The position numbers and the translations under genes are program-made. Source: Ostreococcus lucimarinus (taxonomy: Eukaryota). From it: DNA of 64,000 nucleotides. Every line of letters begins with the position of its first letter. Positions within the stretch are counted from its first letter, which is position 1. This document shows, one piece after another, positions 53,515-62,800 of this stretch. Location of the stretch: assembly GCA_000092065.1 (NCBI GenBank), contig CP000589.1; one strand, given 5' to 3'. A model generated the notes under the pieces. It had not been told where the DNA came from and ran no database searches. It saw only the letters and a list, made by a program, of their open reading frames with translations.

Positions 53515-53890
53515 CGTGTCTTCCTCCTCCTCGTCGCCTTCGCTCGCCCGCGCCGCGCGCGTCGACTCGCGCGTCGACTCTTCGTCCCTCATCGCTCCCT
53601 TCGCGGCGACGCCCTCGCGCGCGCGCGCGACGACGACGACCGTCCGCGCGCAGTTTCGACACGCGCGCACGCGCAACGGCGCTCCGCGCGCGCGTCGCGC
53701 GGTGCGACGACGACCGTCCCCGACGTTCGAGCGCGCGCGCATCGTCGTCGTCGTCGTCGCCATCGCGCGTCGTCGTCGTCGTCGTCGTCGGCGGCGGCGG
53801 CGAGTGACGCCGCACGCGCGCCACAGTGCGACGCGTTTTCGTGGCGACGCGTTCCCGCTTCGCGCGAGGCCCGTTCGATGCGCGCGCGCG

Positions 53891-55132
53891 ATGTCGCGCG
53901 ACGACGGCGCGAAAGACAAACGCCCGATCGTCGTCATCAAGGTCGGCACGAGCTCGCTGCTGAAGACGAACGACGGGTGCGTGCACCTGTCCCAGCTCTG
54001 CGCGCTGTGCGAGACGGTGGCCAACCTCAAGCGTCACGGATACCACGTCGTGCTCGTGAGCTCGGGCGCGGTGGGGGCGGGCATGGTGAAAATGGGGATA
54101 AAACCCTCGGCGACGAAGCCGTCGCTGGCGCGTAAACAAGCGCTGGCGGCGATCGGGCAACCGTACTTGATGAGGTATTACACCGACGTGTTTTCGTCTC
54201 TCGGCGCGAGCTGCGCGCAGGTGTTGCTGACGCTGGAGAATCTGTCCAATCGCACGCAATACCAAAAGGCGAAACAGACGTTTGAGCAGCTATTTGAACT
54301 CGGGGCGATTCCGGTGGTGAACGAAAACGATACGGTGGCGGTGGAGGAGTTGAGGTTCGGGGACAACGATACGTTGAGCGCGCAGGTGGCGGCGCTCGTC
54401 GAGGCGCAGTATTTATTCTTATTGACGGATGTCGACGGATTGTACACGTCGAATCCAGCGAGCGATCCCGCGGCGAAGAAGATCGAAACGGTGGAAGATA
54501 TAAACGCCTTAGACGTAGACGTGAACTCGGGCGCAGGCTCAAACGTCGGTACCGGCGGGATGGTGACCAAGCTCACAGCGGCGCGCATCGCGAGCGCGGC
54601 GGGGTGTCAGACAGTCATCTGTCTTGCATCCGTGCAAGGCACAGCCATCATGGACGTGTTGGCTGGTAAATCGGGGATAGGTACCCGATTTTTAGCGGCC
54701 AAGAAAAGCGCGAGAGGGAAGAAGCGTTGGTTATTATCGGTGCCCATCAAGGGCGAGGTGCGAGTCGACGAAGACGGCGCCAAGGCTGTGCTAAACGGCA
54801 TGGCGCTCATGGTTTCGAAATGCGTAGCCGTGGAGGGCACGTTTGGCTTGCAAGAAAGTGTGCGCATTTTAGACGAAAACGGCGCCGAGCTCGGGCGTGG
54901 TCTCTCCAATTACATCATCGGCGCAATGCGCGATTTTCTCCAACGCGGCCCGGCGACGAGCGACGACGAATGGGAAGACGATCTCGACGGGCCGCCCGAG
55001 TTGATTCACTCCAACAACGTGTGCATCACCAACGCCGAGACGCTCGCCAAGTCTTTCGTTCTACGAAATATAGGCACGTATGGGTCGATGATGATGGACG
55101 GAGGCGCCTCGAGCGGCGACGACGAACGATGA
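53891..55132 (+). CDS. proB: Glutamate 5-kinase (ProB) with C-terminal PUA domain
   Basis: IVVIKVGTSSL, VVLVSSGAVGAG, NENDTVAVEELRFGDNDTLSAQVAALV, TDVDGLYTSNP, GTGGMVTKLTAARIA, then PUA-like VRVDEDGAKAVLNGMALMVSKCVAVEGTF. No fused gamma-glutamyl-phosphate reductase domain. Confidence 0.85.
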   Translation: MSRDDGAKDKRPIVVIKVGTSSLLKTNDGCVHLSQLCALCETVANLKRHGYHVVLVSSGAVGAGMVKMGIKPSATKPSLARKQALAAIGQPYLMRYYTDVFSSLGASCAQVLLTLENLSNRTQYQKAKQTFEQLFELGAIPVVNENDTVAVEELRFGDNDTLSAQVAALVEAQYLFLLTDVDGLYTSNPASDPAAKKIETVEDINALDVDVNSGAGSNVGTGGMVTKLTAARIASAAGCQTVICLASVQGTAIMDVLAGKSGIGTRFLAAKKSARGKKRWLLSVPIKGEVRVDEDGAKAVLNGMALMVSKCVAVEGTFGLQESVRILDENGAELGRGLSNYIIGAMRDFLQRGPATSDDEWEDDLDGPPELIHSNNVCITNAETLAKSFVLRNIGTYGSMMMDGGASSGDDER

Positions 55133-55545
55133 GAGGAATAATATTTCAAACGAGTAGACACACAAAGCGAGCGAGATGTAGTACAAACAAACCAGCAGTC
55201 CTTGGAAGCGCGCGCGATGTGGCTGCCGCAAAAAAATCGCGGTCGCAAACGCGAAGGTGATGGGCTTAAAAAAATTGTTGTATATCGAACAGAAGTTTCG
55301 ATCTTCTGACCTTTGGGTTATGGGCCCAACGCGCTTCCACTGCGCCAGTTCGATTTCTTCGTCGCCGTATTGCGGGCTACAATATATCCTCGTACAGCCT
55401 AAATTTCAAACAGTACCCACCCCGTCGCCTTCATCGCGTAAAGTTACGGGTTTCTTCCCGAAGTCAACGGCGGGCGACGGACGCGCGTCGTCGTCCGCAC
55501 TCGCCCCCCCGACGTCGCTCGGATCGCGACCGCGCGCGCGCGCCG

Positions 55546-55995
55546 ATGACGGTGACGGGCAAGACGTCGCCCGCGACCGCGCCGACCGCGTCGCCGACCG
55601 CGCCCGCGTTCAAGACGGAGCGCGACGTGTTAAACTACTGGGAGACTCTGAGTCAAGAGGTGAACCTGGCGCGAGGGAAGATTGGCGAGCTCGCGGTGAG
55701 CCTGCGCGAGCACGTCAACGTGCTCGAAAACGTCAAGAACCTGGACCCCAGTCGACGATGCTTTCGCTCGGTGGGCGGCGTGCTCGTCGAACGGACGGTG
55801 AAGGAGGTGATCCCGGCGGTGGAGTCGAACGCGGCGAATCTGCGTCGAGCGATCGAGGCGATCAAGGAGCAGTGCGCGGTGAAGGAGGCCGAATTGGAGG
55901 CGCTGCGAAAGAAGTATAAAATTCGCGTCCAGGGCGAGGACGCGATGCCGACCGACGCGCGCGAGTCATCGAGCGGCGGCGGTGTTTTAGCGTAG
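55546..55995 (+). CDS. PFDN2: Prefoldin subunit 2
   Basis: RRCFRSVGGVLVERTVKEVIPAVESNAANLRRAIEAI......EALRKKYKIRVQGED matches human PFDN2 (RKCYRMVGGVLVERTVKEVLPALENNKEQIQKII...HNIRLMGED). Confidence 0.8.
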   Translation: MTVTGKTSPATAPTASPTAPAFKTERDVLNYWETLSQEVNLARGKIGELAVSLREHVNVLENVKNLDPSRRCFRSVGGVLVERTVKEVIPAVESNAANLRRAIEAIKEQCAVKEAELEALRKKYKIRVQGEDAMPTDARESSSGGGVLA

Positions 55996-56072
55996 AAGCG
56001 TAGACGTGTCGACGAGCGAGAGACGGAAAAACCAACGAGTCAACGACGTCATCTTCGCGCGCGCGCCGCCGC

Positions 56073-56591
56073 ATGGACGACCCGATCGTGTTCTTAGACA
56101 TAGCCATCGGCGCTCGACCGATCGGACGCATCGAGATCGCGCTCGACGTCGCGGCGGCGCCGAAGACGTGCGAAAACTTTCGCGCGCTGTGCGTGGGCGA
56201 ACGCGCGTCGCCGTCGACGCGAAAACCGCTGCACTACGCGTCGAGCGTCGTGCACAGAGTCATCCCGGGATTCATGATTCAGGGCGGGGACTTCACGAAT
56301 CACAACGGCACGGGAGGCGAGTCCATCTACGGGCGAACGTTTCGGGATGAGAACTTCACGCTGAAACACGACGCGCGCGGCGTCGTCTCCATGGCGAACG
56401 CCGGTGCGAACACGAATTCGTCGCAGTTCTTCATCACGCTCGCGGCGACGCCGCATCTCGACGGTAAGCACTGCGCGTTCGGGCGCGTGCTTCGCGGGAT
56501 GGACGTCGTCGACGCCGTCGAAGCCGTCGGTTCGCAGTCGGGCGCGACGTCGGAAGCCGTCGCGGTGACGGACTCGGGACAGCTCAGCTGA
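56073..56591 (+). CDS. Cyclophilin-type peptidyl-prolyl cis-trans isomerase
   Basis: [84 protein letters not shown]. Confidence 0.9.
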   Translation: MDDPIVFLDIAIGARPIGRIEIALDVAAAPKTCENFRALCVGERASPSTRKPLHYASSVVHRVIPGFMIQGGDFTNHNGTGGESIYGRTFRDENFTLKHDARGVVSMANAGANTNSSQFFITLAATPHLDGKHCAFGRVLRGMDVVDAVEAVGSQSGATSEAVAVTDSGQLS

Positions 56592-56721
56592 CGGAATGTT
56601 TGTTTGTATTATACGCGGTAGAGTCATAGAATCACGGCGTCTCGGGACCGATCGAGGACCGATCGTTCGCCTCGCCGTCGTCGCGCGCGCCGCGTCTCGT
56701 CGCGTCACACCCCGGCGGTTC

Positions 56722-57447
56722 ATGCTCGGTGGTGCCCGCGCGTTCGCCCGCTCTCCCGCTCGCGTCGTCGCTCTCACCGCGTCCATCGCCGCGTGCGCCA
56801 CCGTCACCGCGCCTCGCGGTTCGATGACGGCCGCGCGCGCGACGTATTCGGACAAACACACGCGCGTGAGCGCGTCGTTCGGTGACGTCAAGGACATTCG
56901 TTTGAGGCCGCTGCCGAAGCGCGACGACGAAGAATCGTTCGCGGCGTCGGGTTTGTGGAGAGAAAAACCGTGCGTCATCGTGGTGATGCGCAGGCCGGGA
57001 TGAGTGCTGTGCCGTGGGGAAGCCGTGAAGGTGTACGAGAGGAAGCGCGAGTTCGACGCGCTCGGGTGCACGCTGGCGTGCGTCCTCAAGGAAGGCTTAC
57101 CCGCGGAGGTGGAGGAGTTTAAGCGAGACTTTTGGCCGGAACACTTATACTTGGACGAAGATAAGGCGTTCTTTAAGGCTGTGGGGGGTGGGAAACTGAA
57201 GAAAGGGTCGCTGAGTGCGTTTTTGAATCCGTTTTCTCGCATTTGGAAACACGCGGGCGACGCGAAGAAAGCCGGCGTCAAGGAACACAATCTGAACGGC
57301 GAAGGGCTGATCATGGGTGGGATGTTCGTGATGAAGCCCGGTTCACAAGGCGTGCAGTATCAGTTTCAAGAGCGAAATTTCGGCGATCACGCGCCCATCG
57401 AAGACGTGTTGGCGGCGGCCAAGGCGGCGTCTGAGGCGTCGAAGTAA
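56722..57447 (+). CDS. SELENOU: Selenoprotein U (SelU; PRXL2/FAM213 peroxiredoxin-like family) with in-frame TGA (Sec) at 57001-57003
   Basis: ORFs 56596..57003 and 57004..57447 are in the same frame, separated only by TGA. Joined, they read ...LWREKPCVIVVMRRPG-[TGA]-VLCRGEAVKVYE...NLNGEGLIMGGMFVMKPGSQGVQYQFQERNFGDHAPIEDVLAAAK. This aligns with human PRXL2A (...LWEKNGAVIMAVRRPGCFLCREEA......GNLEGEGFILGGVFVVGSGKQGILLEHREKEFGDKVNLLSVLEAAK), with the TGA at the first Cys of the CxxC redox motif. The ATG at 56722 precedes a presequence-like N-terminus. Confidence 0.85.
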
Positions 57448-57657
57448 CGTCGCAACGACGTCACGATTCAACGAGCAAGTGCGCCACCGATTGCGATCGC
57501 GTTTCATCAGGCGTGTGTACGTGACGTGATAAACGTAAAGTCTTTGTGTTTCATCGCAAGGATCGTTTCTTCACCGATTTTCATCGCCGCGCGATCGATT
57601 CGGACGTCGCTTCTCTTTTGTCTCATCATCAATTTGTAAATCTGTGCGTTCATGCAA

Positions 57658-58575
57658 TCACTTGTCTTTTGCCTTCTCCTTGTCATCCGACGACGCGGCT
57701 TTTTGTGTCGTCTGCACGCGCTCTTCCTCCGCCTTTTCGTCCGCTTCCGAAGGCTTGTACACGATGACGGGCTTTTTGCATCGATGCAAACAATAGTTGC
57801 ACACGCTCCCGATGAAAAATTCACGAATGCGGCCTTTTGACGATGAAGCGAGAACGACGGCGACGGCGTCGTCGATGAGCGTGGACTTTTCCACCATGAT
57901 CTCTCCCACGGATGACACATTCGTGTCGTACGGGACGATGTCGATTTTGTACGCGATCGAGGCTTCGTCGAGCAGTGGGACGACGTGTTCGTCCATCCAT
58001 CTGAGCGCTTCGTTTCGCCACGCCGTTTCCTGCGCATCAAATACAACAGTACGTCAATCCTCGGTTCTCATCTCGTCCGATCGACGTAGATGCGAAACAA
58101 CCTGCTCTCGCGCGTGGAACACTTCTCGGCGAAGCATCGGCGATGACTGATAGAGGTATCGCATTGCGGCTCTGCGGACGAACGAACGAACGAAAAAACG
58201 ATGATTAATCACTCGCCTGTTCTTCATCTGGCACGGTGACTGGGTAGAAATCGCCCATCAACGCGCTCACGCTGTCCGAAGCCGGAAAAGTTCTGCGCCA
58301 CACGTCAACGAAACGAACGACGCGAGCGCGAGCGCGCGCGCGACGCCTCGAAACGAAACGCACCCCGGAATCACGTGCACCACCCGGCACTCGTCTCGTT
58401 CGCTCGTCGCGAGATTTTCGATGAACCATCGAACCATTGGAACCGTGGTCTTCGCGCAGTCGACGCCCAAGATCCAAATCTTCCGCGCGCGTCCCGCTCG
58501 ACACGCGCACGCCGCGCCGCACGAGCAATTTTCATCGCAGTCCCCTCCGCACGCGCACGTCGCGCAGTCGCACAT
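57658..58575 (-). CDS. Universal stress protein (UspA) family gene, at least two exons, with metallothionein-like Cys-rich N-terminus
   Basis: 5' exon (ATG at 58575): MCDCATCACGGDCDENCSCGAACACRAGRARKIWILGVDCAKTTVPMVRWFIENLATSERDECRVVHVIPG, where the Usp N-terminal beta-strand/ATP-loop context follows a Cys-rich leader. 3' exon (ends 57658): EALRWMDEHVVPLLDEASIAYKIDIVPYDTNVSSVGEIMVEKSTLIDDAVAVVLASSSKGRIREFFIGSVCNYCLHRCKKPVIVYKP, the Usp C-terminal half with the G-x2-G-x9-G-S motif. Intron boundaries between 57997 and 58340 are not resolved. Confidence 0.55.
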
Positions 58576-58815
58576 CGGCGTCGGTGGCGTCGTCGTCTTC
58601 GTCGTCTTCGTCGTCTTCGTTTCGCTCGTCTTCGCGTCGCGCGTCGTTTCGCTCGCGTCCTCGCGCGCGCCGTTTTACCGGTCGCCGCGCCGTCCCTCGA
58701 CTTTCGCCGTTTTCGCCGTTTCGCGTCGCGGCGCCCGAGACGCGGCGCGCGCGCCCGCGCGCGCCAGGCGGCGACGCGTCCGCGCGCGACGACGACGACG
58801 GCGACGGCGACGGCG

Positions 58816-59526
58816 ATGGCGGACGACGCCGGCGACGCCGTCGCGAACCCCGCGAGCGCGATGCGCGCGCTCGGCGTCGACGACGCCGCGCGCGCGCTGT
58901 CGCAGGGCGCCGAAGCGCGCGTCTTCGCGCTCGAATTCTGCGGGCGGGACGCGATTTGTAAGCAGCGATTCGCGAAAAAGTACCGCTTGCCGGCGCTGGA
59001 CGAACGGCTGACGCGAGCGAGATTGGTGGGAGAGGCGAGGGCGATCGTGCGGGCGCGAAAACTGGGCGTGCGAGCGCCGATGGTGCTGCACGTGGACGCG
59101 AACGAGGCGTGCGTGTACATGGAACGCGTGGCGGGCGTGGCGCTGAAGGAGGCGCTGCGGCGAGAGACGTGCACGAGGGAAGACATCGCGAGGTACGGAA
59201 GAGAGATCGGAGAGGCGATAAGTAAATTGCACGACGGCGGTCTCGTGCACGGGGACTTGACGACGAGTAATTTCATGGTGAGAGACGACGACGGCGCCGT
59301 CGTCGTCATCGATTTCGGTTTGAGCTACCCTAGCGCGGTGCCCGAAGACAAGGGCGTGGATTTATACGTTCTCGAGCGCGCCATCAACGCCGCGCACCCA
59401 TCGCAAACCGAGCTGTTCGATGAAATCATAGCGACGTACAAAAAAACGTCAAAGATGTGGTGCGCGACGCTGAATAGATTCGCCGAGGTTCGCGCGAGAG
59501 GACGCAAACGCTCGATGGTGGGTTAA
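58816..59526 (+). CDS. BUD32: KEOPS/EKC complex kinase Bud32 (PRPK/TP53RK)
   Basis: SQGAEARVF..., KQRFAKKYRLPALDERLTRARLVGEARAIVRARKLGVRAP, LHDGGLVHGDLTTSNFMV, VVIDFGLSYPSAVPEDKGVDLYVLERA, and C-terminus EVRARGRKRSMVG. All are near-identical to human PRPK segments recalled from memory. Confidence 0.85.
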   Translation: MADDAGDAVANPASAMRALGVDDAARALSQGAEARVFALEFCGRDAICKQRFAKKYRLPALDERLTRARLVGEARAIVRARKLGVRAPMVLHVDANEACVYMERVAGVALKEALRRETCTREDIARYGREIGEAISKLHDGGLVHGDLTTSNFMVRDDDGAVVVIDFGLSYPSAVPEDKGVDLYVLERAINAAHPSQTELFDEIIATYKKTSKMWCATLNRFAEVRARGRKRSMVG

Positions 59527-59769
59527 AAAATCCCTCGCGCCTCGTTTTCAGCGCGCGCGTGTCACACTCATAGTCTTAGGCATCACTCTTCCCATCATTT
59601 TCCGTTTTCGCGCGTTCGAGCGATGCGAGTGTCGATGTGACGCCGATTCGCCAAACGCGGCCTCGCGCCAGCTTTGGCTATCCACACATCCTATCCAACC
59701 GCGCGCCATCGCGCCACTTCCATTCGCGTCTTCGCGTTTCCGCGCCCGAGCGCTCGCGCGCATCGAACG

Positions 59770-60813
59770 ATGGAAGCCATGTCGTGCGTCACGCGCGCCC
59801 GCATCGCGTGCGTCGCACCCACGGCGTCGAAACCGCGCGCATCGTGCGCCGCCGCCCGACGATCGATGACGACACCCATCGCGCAGCCGCGATCGTCCAC
59901 GAAACGCACCGCCGTGACGTCGAACGCGACGAACGAAGCGACGGAGAGCGAGATAAAAAAGCTCACCACGGATTGGCAGATCGATTTCTGCTCTCGACCG
60001 CTTCGTGACGATCGAGGGAAGAAGGTTTGGGAACTCTTGGTGACGGACGACGCGAGAACCTTTGAGCACGCGGAGTACTTTCCGAATAATCGAATCAATA
60101 GCGTTGAACTGGCGCGAGCGCTCGAACGAGTGATGGCGGAAAAGAAGGAAAAACCGAGACGATTCAAGTTCTTTCGGGCGCAGATGCAGACGATCATCTC
60201 TAGGGCGTGCAATGAGGTTGACGTCCAACCGTTGGCGAGCCGTCGATGCCAGACGATGACCAAGTGGCTGAACGAACGAGTGGAGAATGTGTACAAGAAA
60301 CATCCCGGGTACGATGCCAGTGCGCCTCCGTTGATGGCGTTCGAAGCAACGGCACCGAAGCGATTGCCCGATGCGTTGAGAGGGGAGTCGTGGGCGTTCG
60401 TCGCGTTGCCTTTGGTCGGGGTGCGGGAAGAGATGGAACAAGTCAAGCGAGGACGCGTCTTTGGCGCGACGTTGGAAATTGATGAAAACTTACCGGACGA
60501 TACGTTAATTCCCGGAATCGCGGTGTACACGTCTCGTGCTGCCGCGCTCGCGGGATGGACAAAGGGTTTAGAGCTCGCGTGCATCTCTTCCGACACGCAA
60601 ACGAGCTCAATCGTGTTGGAAACTGGGGTGAATGATTCGTGGTCGTACGCGTTTTTCCGCAAGTCGCCCGAGTTGACCAAAGAGGCCAAGGAGTGGGAGG
60701 AAGTAAAGCGCGCGTGCAATGGGTTACATTTCCTCGCCATTCAAACCGACGAGGAAGCGGAGGCGACGGATGGGTTTTGGATATTGCAAGACTCTGACCC
60801 CGCGAAATTTTAG
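59770..60813 (+). CDS. TAB2: Tab2/ATAB2-like RNA-binding protein (DUF1092; photosystem I PsaB translation factor), chloroplast presequence
   Basis: WQIDFCSRPLRDDRGKKVWELLVTD, FFRAQMQTIISRA, PDALRGESWAFVALPL, FGATLEID. These are conserved Tab2 blocks as recalled from the Chlamydomonas/Arabidopsis proteins. N-terminal MEAMSCVTRARIACVAPTASKPRAS looks like a transit peptide. Confidence 0.7.
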   Translation: MEAMSCVTRARIACVAPTASKPRASCAAARRSMTTPIAQPRSSTKRTAVTSNATNEATESEIKKLTTDWQIDFCSRPLRDDRGKKVWELLVTDDARTFEHAEYFPNNRINSVELARALERVMAEKKEKPRRFKFFRAQMQTIISRACNEVDVQPLASRRCQTMTKWLNERVENVYKKHPGYDASAPPLMAFEATAPKRLPDALRGESWAFVALPLVGVREEMEQVKRGRVFGATLEIDENLPDDTLIPGIAVYTSRAAALAGWTKGLELACISSDTQTSSIVLETGVNDSWSYAFFRKSPELTKEAKEWEEVKRACNGLHFLAIQTDEEAEATDGFWILQDSDPAKF

Positions 60814-60868
60814 CCACGAACGACGCTTGACTTATGATATTACCTTACACCTTAGACGTCACAACGAG

Positions 60869-62725
60869 ATGTCCGCATCACCACGCGAGAAGATCAAGCG
60901 CCTCGCCGTGGCATGCGTGCGACGCGGCTCGTTCATCTCGCTCTGTCTCTACGTCCTCGGCCTCGTCGTCGCCTCGCTCGCGCCGTCGCTCGCGAGAGAC
61001 GTCTACGTGGATGAGAATGCATTCCTCGTAGGCTCCACGCACGCGACGTTTGACGACCTCGACGGCGCGCGCGCGGATGATTACGTCGAGACATTGACTA
61101 AAATCACGTTCGACGCCCGATCGCGGGCGCGAACGACGCGTGAGCGCTTGGAATGGGTTTTAAACGCCCTCGATGAGCGCGGCTTTGAGAGTTACAAATC
61201 ATGGCTCGACGGCGCTGGTGACTTGTTCAACGTCCACGGCGTCGCTCGCGCGGCGCGAGGGAACGGACGAGAATCGATGGCGTTGGTCACGGTCCTGGGT
61301 GACGGTGACGCTGACGCTGAGGCGGCGACGGTCGGATTGGCGTTGCGCGCGTTTGAGAAGATTGGTCGCGCTCCGTGGTTGGCGAAGGATTTAATGTGGG
61401 TCTGCGTCGATGGCTCGCGAGGAGAGATCGATGGGACGATGGCTTGGTTAAAGACGTATTATTCATCTAGCGTTGGGGACTTGGGTGGGGGATTTGAGCG
61501 CGCGGGGGCGATACAGCAGGCGTTTGTGTTTCGCGCGGCGAACCGTGGCGCCGCGGCGTCGGCGGTGCGCGTCAAGTTGGAGGGTTGGAATGGGGCATAT
61601 CCGAATCAAGACATATTTACGATGTTTCGTAGCATCGTGGAGACGTACCCTGTGAGCATGAGAGTAAGCTTGGAGTCGGATGTCGAGGTGCGAGAAGATG
61701 ATCTTTCGCGCTGGAGTTTGATGAAATCGACGGCGCGCTTCATGTGGCGCGCCGCCACGGGAATTCCTTCGGGTGCGCACGCCGCGTTCAAGGCGCACTC
61801 AATCGATGCGATTAGTTTCGAAGCGATCGAACGTCAACAAGACGCTTACGTGCGAAGCGGTTTGCGAGCGTACGTCACTTTGGGACAGATGCTTGAACTT
61901 ACGTTTCGAGCGTGCAACAACTTGCTCGAGCTCTTGCATCACAGTTGCTTTTATTATATCTTGCTCGGTCCAAACAAGTTTCTTGGCATAGCAGAGTACA
62001 TCGCGCCGCAAGCAATTCTTCTCGTCAGTCTTTTACTCACCGCGTTGAAAATGACGACGTTCGGGATGGAAGATACGTCGTCAACAAGCGATGGCGAAAC
62101 GCGAATGTCACATGATTGGTTTGCGGCAATATCGAAACTTTCCTTGGCACTCGTGTTCGGTGCCATCGTAGGTACGAGTTGCGTTTCATTGCATTTGAGG
62201 GAGCTAAATCACGTGACGGTGACTTTGGGTACAGTCGCCGTCGCATTCATCGCTTTCATTACCTTTTTACGCTTGACACTCGACGGCGAGGCGTCTCCGG
62301 TTCGCTCGACGACAAAGGTTTGCGACGTTACCATCGTCCGACAAGAGCAGTGGGTCGGTGTGAAAGTGATCAACATCGCGTGGTTGCTATTTACGATGAG
62401 TGCGTGTACGTTTTTCAACTTCGCTCTCGCGTTTTTAACCACCGTGGCGTTAGCGCCCGCGTGCTTGCTCTGCGCGCCGAGCGGCGACGCCGCGAAACGA
62501 AACCGCGCAGTTGCGGTTCTCGGCGCGCTTCCGCCGACATGGATGTTCGTTCTCAGCCGTTTTGCTGGATCACCGGTGTACGAGTCTTTCGGTCTGCTCG
62601 CCGAACACCACGTACGTTGGAAAACGTTCGCGTTGCCAGTCGTCTTTGGCATCGCGTTCCCGGTGCTGTTAATTTGTTTTGATGTTGCGCGTTCTCCAGT
62701 GAAATCGAAAACAAAAAAGGCTTAG
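60869..62725 (+). CDS. GAA1: GPI transamidase component GAA1 (GPAA1)
   Basis: N-terminal signal-anchor, a large lumenal domain, then about 7 C-terminal TM helices. LLHHSCFYYILLGPNKFLGIAEYIAPQAILLVSLLL aligns with human GPAA1 [33 protein letters not shown]. Overall length (618 aa) and topology fit. Confidence 0.65.
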   Translation: MSASPREKIKRLAVACVRRGSFISLCLYVLGLVVASLAPSLARDVYVDENAFLVGSTHATFDDLDGARADDYVETLTKITFDARSRARTTRERLEWVLNALDERGFESYKSWLDGAGDLFNVHGVARAARGNGRESMALVTVLGDGDADAEAATVGLALRAFEKIGRAPWLAKDLMWVCVDGSRGEIDGTMAWLKTYYSSSVGDLGGGFERAGAIQQAFVFRAANRGAAASAVRVKLEGWNGAYPNQDIFTMFRSIVETYPVSMRVSLESDVEVREDDLSRWSLMKSTARFMWRAATGIPSGAHAAFKAHSIDAISFEAIERQQDAYVRSGLRAYVTLGQMLELTFRACNNLLELLHHSCFYYILLGPNKFLGIAEYIAPQAILLVSLLLTALKMTTFGMEDTSSTSDGETRMSHDWFAAISKLSLALVFGAIVGTSCVSLHLRELNHVTVTLGTVAVAFIAFITFLRLTLDGEASPVRSTTKVCDVTIVRQEQWVGVKVINIAWLLFTMSACTFFNFALAFLTTVALAPACLLCAPSGDAAKRNRAVAVLGALPPTWMFVLSRFAGSPVYESFGLLAEHHVRWKTFALPVVFGIAFPVLLICFDVARSPVKSKTKKA

Positions 62726-62800
62726 TATTAGTAGCCGCTCAGTAGAGATAGCTTAGAATTGGCATATGAATATAGAAAGAGTGAATGAGTTCTCTAATTG

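Noticed and set aside
57004-57447. Treating ORF 57004..57447 as an independent 147-aa gene
   Set aside because: It begins at a GTG immediately after a TGA, in the same frame as the upstream ORF. Together they form one SelU protein with Sec at the TGA.
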